Source of the DNA: an uncultured archaeon | Lineage (GTDB): Archaea; Asgardarchaeota; Lokiarchaeia; Sigyniarchaeales; Promethearchaeaceae | NCBI GenBank assembly: GCA_964426185.1 | Contig: CAYRPF010000054.1 | Location: 1-22,198 of the forward strand | Length of the DNA: 22,198 nucleotides | Direction: 5' to 3' | In this document: positions 15,993 through 22,198 of the stretch, piece after piece | How the letters are laid out: each line of letters begins with the position of its first letter | Position numbering within the stretch: the first letter of the stretch is position 1 | Translations under genes and position numbers: made by a program | Notes under the pieces: generated by a model | What the model was told of the DNA's origin: nothing | The model's database searches: none | What the model saw: the letters and a program-made list of their open reading frames with translations, nothing else

Positions 15993-16016
15993 TGCTTTCT
16001 TTTATATACAGAAGCA
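15993..16016. promoter_or_regulatory. Putative TATA element in the divergent folP/gyrB gap, flanked by an inverted repeat
   Basis: TGCTT-tct-TTTATATAca-g-AAGCA; reads TTTATATA on + and TATATAAA on -. Confidence 0.45.
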
Positions 16017-16084
16017 AAACTTTACGAATATTTTCTCTCCAATTTAATTGCTTTTAGTATAGTTTGTTGTTGGTGCTGCCTTCC

Positions 16085-18172
16085 ATGACTGATACAATTC
16101 CTGAAACACCTAATGATCAAAAGCAACCTCAAAAAGTTTCCTCTTTAAATCCTAACAAATATGATGCCGAAAATATCGTGGTATTAGAAGGTTTAGAAGG
16201 TGTCCGCAAACGTCCGGCCATGTATATCGGATCAACTGGTAAAAAAGGCTTCCATCATCTCGCTTTTGAAGTCATTGATAATAGTATAGATGAAGCTCTA
16301 GTAGGCGTTTGTTCAAAAATTGTAGTAATATTGAACTCGGATAATTCATGCACAATATGTGATAATGGAAGGGGTATTCCTACAGAGTTACACCCCAAAA
16401 TGAAAATTCCCACCTTAGAAGTCATCTTTTCTTCACTCCATTCAGGCGGAAAATTTGATAAAAAATCTTACGCAGTATCTGGTGGATTACATGGTGTGGG
16501 GTTGGCTGTGGTTAATGCTTGTTCTGAATGGGTTCATATAAAAGTTTGGCGGGATGGAAAACGATATGAATTAAGAGTGGGGCAAGGCAAAATTCTGCAA
16601 CCTACCAAAGTATTTGAAGATATTGATGATCCCACTAAAAGAGGGACGGAAATTACATTTTATCCTGATCATTCCATATTTACTAGTATACCTGAGGAAG
16701 AATTTCACTTCGATTACGAATATCTTGCAACACGACTGCGTGATTTAGCATTTCTTAACCCTATTGAAATTGAAATTAATGATAATCGGATTGAACCTCC
16801 TTTTAGAGAGACTTTTAAGTATGAACATGGTGTCTCTGATTTCGTTCGATATTTGAATCAAAACAAAAAAACTCTTCATCCAAATCCAATTCATTTGTCA
16901 AAATCCAAAGAAGGCGTTGTTGCAGAAATTGCATTTCAATATAATGAAACTTATAATGAGTTAATTTATAGTTTTGTGAATAATATTCATACCATTGAAG
17001 GAGGAACACACCTAACTGGATTTAAGACCGCTATTACGCGTGTATTTAATAGTTATATTAAGGATCACACCCGAGAATTTAAGGATATCGGAGAAAAAGG
17101 GCTTAAAGGTTCTGATGTGCGAGAAGGGTTGGTTGCGGTATTAGCCGTACGGGTTCCCGAACCTCAATTTGAAGGTCAGACTAAAACAAAATTAGGGAAT
17201 CCTGAGGTGAAAAGTATCGTTTCTGAGCTGGTTTTTTCTGAAATAATGCACTATTTCGATACCCATCCCCGTGAAGCCCATAGTATAATTCAGAAATCAG
17301 TATTAGCCCAAAAAGCGCGCATCGCCAGTCAAAAGGCTCGGGAATTAACCCGTAGAAAATCAGTTTTAGATAATTTACGATTACCGGGTAAATTGGCGGA
17401 TTGTTCTTCAAAAAATCCAGAAGAATGTGAAATTTTTATAGTTGAAGGAGATTCTGCAGGTGGTTCTGCCAAGCAAGGACGTGATCGAGCCACGCAAGCT
17501 ATTCTACCATTACGAGGAAAAATCCTGAATGTGGAAAAAGCCCGTCTCTCAAAGATTTTGGCAAATAAAGAAATCGCCGCTATGATCAAAGCTATTGGAA
17601 TTGGAATTCATGATAGCTCCCTAGAACCAAATAGTGATGACGATGATGAAAATGGCGAAAATGGGGGAAATGGGACAGCCTTGTTTGATTTATCCAATCT
17701 GCGCTATCATAAAATAATAATCATGGCTGATGCTGATGTTGATGGCCATCATATTGAAACATTATTACTTACTTTCTTTTTCCGATACATGAGACCACTT
17801 ATTGAGGCTAAACATGTCTACTTAGCGGTTCCACCCATTTACAAATTATCATATAAGAAAAATTTCGAGTATTTGTATATTGAAGATGATCCCAAGAAAT
17901 TAAATGCGGAGTTAGAGAAATTCATGGCGAAATACAAGATCACCGACCAAGAAAAAATCAAAATCCAACGATATAAAGGTTTAGGAGAAATGAATCCCGA
18001 GGAATTATGGGATACCACAATGAACCCAAAAACACGCCGATTACATAGGATAACCTATACGGATTTTGCAACCACGGATAATATGTTTGCAGTTTTAATG
18101 GGTGATGAAGTGGAGCCAAGACGCGCCTATATCATGGATCATTACCATCAAGCTATTGATATTGACATTTAA
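16085..18172 (+). CDS. gyrB: DNA gyrase subunit B
   Basis: LEGLEGVRKRPAMYIG, EVIDNSIDE, DNGRGIP, SGGLHGVG, PQFEGQTK, EGDSAGG, PLRGKILN, DADVDG, RYKGLGEMN. ATG 16085 preferred over TTG 16064. Confidence 0.97.
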   Translation: MTDTIPETPNDQKQPQKVSSLNPNKYDAENIVVLEGLEGVRKRPAMYIGSTGKKGFHHLAFEVIDNSIDEALVGVCSKIVVILNSDNSCTICDNGRGIPTELHPKMKIPTLEVIFSSLHSGGKFDKKSYAVSGGLHGVGLAVVNACSEWVHIKVWRDGKRYELRVGQGKILQPTKVFEDIDDPTKRGTEITFYPDHSIFTSIPEEEFHFDYEYLATRLRDLAFLNPIEIEINDNRIEPPFRETFKYEHGVSDFVRYLNQNKKTLHPNPIHLSKSKEGVVAEIAFQYNETYNELIYSFVNNIHTIEGGTHLTGFKTAITRVFNSYIKDHTREFKDIGEKGLKGSDVREGLVAVLAVRVPEPQFEGQTKTKLGNPEVKSIVSELVFSEIMHYFDTHPREAHSIIQKSVLAQKARIASQKARELTRRKSVLDNLRLPGKLADCSSKNPEECEIFIVEGDSAGGSAKQGRDRATQAILPLRGKILNVEKARLSKILANKEIAAMIKAIGIGIHDSSLEPNSDDDDENGENGGNGTALFDLSNLRYHKIIIMADADVDGHHIETLLLTFFFRYMRPLIEAKHVYLAVPPIYKLSYKKNFEYLYIEDDPKKLNAELEKFMAKYKITDQEKIKIQRYKGLGEMNPEELWDTTMNPKTRRLHRITYTDFATTDNMFAVLMGDEVEPRRAYIMDHYHQAIDIDI

Positions 18173-18249
18173 TTTATGATATTTTTTGGATATTTCACAT
18201 TTAAGATATGATTTATAATTAATAATTTATTTTAACCGAGCGAAATTAT

Positions 18250-20781
18250 ATGACAGAAACACCAAATCCTTCGGCATCTAATCCAGCACCATCCAATCCT
18301 AACCCACCCCCTTCTCCTTCACAAAATCAGCACTTGATTATAGATCGTGATTTAAAGCAAGAATTAAGCAAATCCTATATTGATTACGCCATGAGCGTCA
18401 TCATTGGAAGGGCCATCCCTGATGTTCGTGATGGTTTAAAGCCTGTGCAGCGCAGAATTTTGTATTCTATGGCACAAAATAATTTCTTTTACAACCGACC
18501 TCACTTCAAAAGTGCACGAATAGTAGGAGACTGTTTAGGTAAATACCATCCCCATGGGGATCAATCTGTTTATCAAGCCATGGTTCGGTTAGCGCAAGAC
18601 TTTTCAGTAAGATACCAATTGATTGACGGTCAAGGCAATTTTGGTTCGGTGGATGGAGATAGCGCTGCAGCAATGCGTTATACCGAAGCTCGTTTAGCCA
18701 AGATTTCGAACGAAATGCTACAGGATATTGATAAGAATACCGTGGATTTTCAAGATAATTTTGATGGATCACTGCAAGAACCCGTGTTTTTGCCGGCGAA
18801 ACTTCCATTAATCTTACTTAATGGCGCATCTGGAATTGCAGTTGGAATGTCGACCAATATTGCGCCCCATAATTTGAATGAAATTGGTGAGGTTATTTGT
18901 CATGCCATTGATATAGATCCAGAGAATCTTTCCACTCAAGACATCTTAAAGTTTGTCAAGGGTCCCGATTTTCCTACTGGTGGATTAATCTTGGGTCGTA
19001 AAGGATTTATCGACGCGGTGGAAACGGGTAGAGGTCAGATAGTGACACGCGGTAGATGTGAAATTATTTCTGAAGGGGCGGGAAGAAATAAAGACTCCAT
19101 AGTAATAACCGAAATTCCATACATGGTGAATAAATCCCGATTAATTGAGTCTATTGCAGCTTTGGTTAATAAAGGTGCCATTCCCGAGATTTCAGATATT
19201 CGTGATGAATCCGATCGAACGGGAATGCGCATTGTAATAGAGTTGAAACAGAATTCTGATGCAAATGCATGCTTAAACCGGCTCTATCTCCGTACTCAGC
19301 TACAAACGACCTTTGGGATTATTAATTTAATGCTGGTAAATAAAGGGAAACAGCCAAAAATTCTAAATTACGTGGAAATTATCCAAGAATTTATTCAGCA
19401 TAGGGAACAAATCATTATTCGCCGTACTCAATTTGAACTGACCAAAGCAAAAAAACGTTTGCATTTAATTGAAGGTCTGTTAAAAGCCATCGATAACATT
19501 GATGAAATTGTGGCCATCATTAAGAAAAGTTCAACTACTCAAGACGCCGCTGCAAAATTGCAGACCAGATTCCAATTTTCTGATCTCCAAGTCCAAGAAA
19601 TCCTGAAAATGCCTCTTAGCAGGCTAACCAATCTTCAGACGCAGAAATTAGTGGATGAAAAAGCAAATTTACAAAATAAAATTAAGGAATATGAAGAAAT
19701 CCTGGCTCATCAACCTAAACGTTATGAGATAATCAAACAAGAAACGCTCTCATTAATGAAAGAATATGGCGATCCCCGTAAGTCGGAAATCGTTATGAAT
19801 GTAGGTGATATTTCCATTGAACAGAGAGAAACTGAGCCAGAAGAAGAATGTGTTATAATTATTACTCAAAACCAAAAAATCAAGCGAATGACTCTTCAGA
19901 ATTACCAAGCTCAAGGTAGAGGCGGAAAAGGTAAGCGAGGAATGAAAATTCGAGAAGAAGATATAGTTAAAGAAATGTTTACAGCAAGTTCACATGATAC
20001 TATTCTTTTATTTACTCAAAAGGGCCGAGTTTACTCTATTCCCGCATTTAGTATTCCAAAATCATCTCGAAATTCGCAAGGAAAAGCTATAGTGAATTAT
20101 GTCCAACTGCAATCCGATGAAAAAATTATTGATATCGCCAATATTCCCACGTTCGACGAATCCTCATTTTTAGTCTTCTCTACGGCTAAAGGATTAGTTA
20201 AAAAAACCGATCTAAAATCGTTTGAGAAAATAAGAAAAACCGGAATTAGGTGTATGTCAATATTAGAGGGAGATTCTTTAGTGTGTGCAAAATATTGCCC
20301 CCCTGGAAAAAATATTTTAATGGCCACTAAGAAAGGTTATGCTATTAGATTTATTGAAAATGAAATCCGATCAATGGGGCGAACTGCTCGGGGTGTGAGA
20401 GGGGTTACTTTACGGCCAGATGATGAAGTAATTGATTTTATTATTGCCGATGAAGATTCTGCTGTTGTTTCAATTACTAAACAAGGGTATGGCAAGCACA
20501 GTAAGTTAGATTTATACCGTCTTACTCACAGGGGTGGTAAGGGAGTTATCAATATGAAATTGCGTAATGATGCTGATGAAGTAGTTGCCGTGAAAGCCAT
20601 TCCCAGCAATAAAAATCTTTTATTGGCAAGTAACAAAGGAATTATCATTCGAATCCGAACGGACGACATTAGAGAGACTGGACGAGCAACCCAGGGTGTC
20701 ATTGTGATGAGATTGGATGATGATGATAGCGTTTCTTCTGTTGCCTTGTGTGATCCCGAAGAATCAGAAGAAAATTGTTGA
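18250..20781 (+). CDS. gyrA: DNA gyrase subunit A
   Basis: [17 protein letters not shown], catalytic [18 protein letters not shown], GyrA-box QGRGGKG and beta-pinwheel repeats, which indicate gyrase rather than ParC. Confidence 0.97.
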   Translation: MTETPNPSASNPAPSNPNPPPSPSQNQHLIIDRDLKQELSKSYIDYAMSVIIGRAIPDVRDGLKPVQRRILYSMAQNNFFYNRPHFKSARIVGDCLGKYHPHGDQSVYQAMVRLAQDFSVRYQLIDGQGNFGSVDGDSAAAMRYTEARLAKISNEMLQDIDKNTVDFQDNFDGSLQEPVFLPAKLPLILLNGASGIAVGMSTNIAPHNLNEIGEVICHAIDIDPENLSTQDILKFVKGPDFPTGGLILGRKGFIDAVETGRGQIVTRGRCEIISEGAGRNKDSIVITEIPYMVNKSRLIESIAALVNKGAIPEISDIRDESDRTGMRIVIELKQNSDANACLNRLYLRTQLQTTFGIINLMLVNKGKQPKILNYVEIIQEFIQHREQIIIRRTQFELTKAKKRLHLIEGLLKAIDNIDEIVAIIKKSSTTQDAAAKLQTRFQFSDLQVQEILKMPLSRLTNLQTQKLVDEKANLQNKIKEYEEILAHQPKRYEIIKQETLSLMKEYGDPRKSEIVMNVGDISIEQRETEPEEECVIIITQNQKIKRMTLQNYQAQGRGGKGKRGMKIREEDIVKEMFTASSHDTILLFTQKGRVYSIPAFSIPKSSRNSQGKAIVNYVQLQSDEKIIDIANIPTFDESSFLVFSTAKGLVKKTDLKSFEKIRKTGIRCMSILEGDSLVCAKYCPPGKNILMATKKGYAIRFIENEIRSMGRTARGVRGVTLRPDDEVIDFIIADEDSAVVSITKQGYGKHSKLDLYRLTHRGGKGVINMKLRNDADEVVAVKAIPSNKNLLLASNKGIIIRIRTDDIRETGRATQGVIVMRLDDDDSVSSVALCDPEESEENC

Positions 20782-20787
20782 TTTAAG

Positions 20788-20825
20788 GATTTTTTAGAAT
20801 TAGAAATTGAAAAAAAAGAGAGAGA
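20788..20825. terminator. Convergent oligo-T terminator region between gyrA and the aminopeptidase
   Basis: T6 on + at 20790-20795; pyrimidine tract with T8 on - (A8 at 20810-20817). Confidence 0.4.
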
Positions 20826-20846
20826 AATCATAATTTTTAGGGAAAT

Positions 20847-21959
20847 TTATTGAATTTTCCATTCGCCAGCTTGGTAAATTATTTTATCATCTGCATAAAC
20901 GATGGAATCTTTACTCCGCATGTCTTTCAAAATATCCCAGTGAATTGTGGATTTATTTTGTCCACCGCTTTCAGGAAAACCTCTGCCTAAAGCCATGTGG
21001 AGTGTTCCCCCCATTTTTTCATCGAATAACATATTTTTGGTGAATTTCGTAATGCCGTAATTTGTACCTATAGCGAATTCACCGAAATGATCTGCGCCCG
21101 GAATCTTAAGAACACTATCTAAAAGTTCTTGGCCTTTATCTGCAGTGGCTTTCACCACTTTACCGTTTTCGATTTCCAAATAGATGTTTTCAATTTCTTT
21201 ACCTTGGAAAATCCCAGGATAGGTGAATCTAATTTTTCCATTAATGTTATTTTCCACGGGAGAAGTGAAAATTTCACCATCAGGAAGATTTTTATGTCCA
21301 CATGAATTGTTCCAAGTTCGTCCTGAGACATCCACTATTAAATCTGTGTCTTCACCCACCACATGGATTTTTTTAACTTGATTAAGATATTCTACAATAT
21401 TAGCTTGTTGTTTTTCGATATTACGCCATTCGTCTGCAGGATTTTCAGCGGATAATTTGAGAGAATTTGCTACGAATTTTTCATAGGTGAACAAATCCAT
21501 ACCAGCCTCTTGTGCCATCGAATCACAAGGAAAAGGTACAATTGTCCATTTTAACTCACCTGTTTTTTCTCTCTTTGCAAAAATTTCCATAATTTCACTC
21601 AAACCCTTGCTCATTTGCGAGATTTGGAGTTTTTCGGCAGGAATTTGTTCCAATTTATGGGTATTATAATCTGCAAAAACATTAATCAAAGCATCGTATG
21701 TTTCTACGGCTTTTTTGAATATTGGGCTCACGAATTGCAATTGTTCATCGGAACCATTCTGTAAAACGATTTCTTGAATACCTGGAACATTTGCACGGAC
21801 TTCTGGATGACCTCCTGCTTTAATAGTCTCATATACTAAAGCACGAATGAGGTCTTGGGCAACAATTGGAGATTGAATTAAAACTTTATCTCCCGGTTTC
21901 ACACCAATAGCATAATTTATGGTAAGTTTTGCGACTTTGTCGAGATTGTATTCATACAT
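20847..21959 (-). CDS. M29 metallo-aminopeptidase (AmpS/AmpT, aminopeptidase II family)
   Basis: NLPDGEIFTSP, GEFAIG, LFDEKMGGTLHMALG, STIHWD and N-terminal VKPGDKVLI. Confidence 0.93.
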   Translation of the reverse strand: MYEYNLDKVAKLTINYAIGVKPGDKVLIQSPIVAQDLIRALVYETIKAGGHPEVRANVPGIQEIVLQNGSDEQLQFVSPIFKKAVETYDALINVFADYNTHKLEQIPAEKLQISQMSKGLSEIMEIFAKREKTGELKWTIVPFPCDSMAQEAGMDLFTYEKFVANSLKLSAENPADEWRNIEKQQANIVEYLNQVKKIHVVGEDTDLIVDVSGRTWNNSCGHKNLPDGEIFTSPVENNINGKIRFTYPGIFQGKEIENIYLEIENGKVVKATADKGQELLDSVLKIPGADHFGEFAIGTNYGITKFTKNMLFDEKMGGTLHMALGRGFPESGGQNKSTIHWDILKDMRSKDSIVYADDKIIYQAGEWKIQ

Positions 21960-21985
21960 ATTAGTTTATTAGCATTTACACATCC

Positions 21986-21993
21986 TTTTAAAA
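21986..21993 (-). promoter_or_regulatory. Putative TATA box for the aminopeptidase gene (leaderless spacing)
   Basis: ACAAG-TTTTAAAA ends 26 nt upstream of ATG 21959. Confidence 0.45.
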
Positions 21994-22020
21994 CTTGTAG
22001 TAAAATTCTTGAGTATTCAA

Positions 22021-22058
22021 GGAAATTAGGAAATAGGGAAATTAAGAAATTGGGGAAA
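22021..22058. repeat. Degenerate 8 bp tandem repeat (GGAAATTA), about 4.5 copies
   Basis: ggaaatta ggaaatag ggaaatta agaaattg gggaaa. Confidence 0.65.
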
Positions 22059-22198
22059 AATATCACAATCATAAAGGAACATATCGTTAAGTAGCTTAAA
22101 TTAGCTTAAAGAAATTTTCTTTTTTCATTTAGGGTAATAACAAACATTGTAATACTAAAAGAAATGAATACTAATTCCCATGAGGTAAAAGAAATGAA

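Noticed and set aside
15882-16088. 68 aa ORF spanning the folP/gyrB spacer
   Set aside because: Covers the presumed promoter, TTG start, atypical Cys/Phe-rich composition.
18250-20781. Topoisomerase IV (parC/parE) assignment or an intein in the gyrase genes
   Set aside because: A GyrA-box and full pinwheel are present, and lengths are normal with no insertion after the catalytic Tyr.
3422-21669. Remaining short ORFs nested in or antisense to the long genes
   Set aside because: All lie within well-supported genes and show no independent motifs or start signals.
22021-22110. CRISPR array
   Set aside because: Units are 8-10 bp, degenerate and lack spacers; no cas genes.

Overview
AT-rich prokaryotic chromosomal window, most consistent with an archaeon (archaeal-type FolP and CofE, TATA-like boxes about 26-30 nt ahead of several starts, oligo-T terminators). 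An Asgard/Lokiarchaeia-like origin is my inference, not proven. From left to right: five hypothetical genes (two long helical/coiled-coil), then a 10.5 kb co-directional minus-strand run folP(+C-terminal reductase-like domain) - cofE-like ligase - orphan N6A/N4C DNA methyltransferase - MazG/DCTPP1-like pyrophosphatase - purC - purL (two fused PurS-like repeats) - purQ - purF, then divergent gyrB-gyrA and a convergent M29 aminopeptidase. No rRNA, tRNA, CRISPR array or transposase was seen. Best leads: (1) a candidate FolA/FolC-independent tetrahydrofolate module (DHPS-reductase fusion plus CofE-type glutamate ligase); (2) a long-range inverted repeat able to sequester the purL ribosome-binding site, with shared motifs upstream of purL and purC; (3) an overlapping methyltransferase + nucleotide pyrophosphatase pair with no endonuclease; (4) a GyrA with Gln at both quinolone-anchoring positions.
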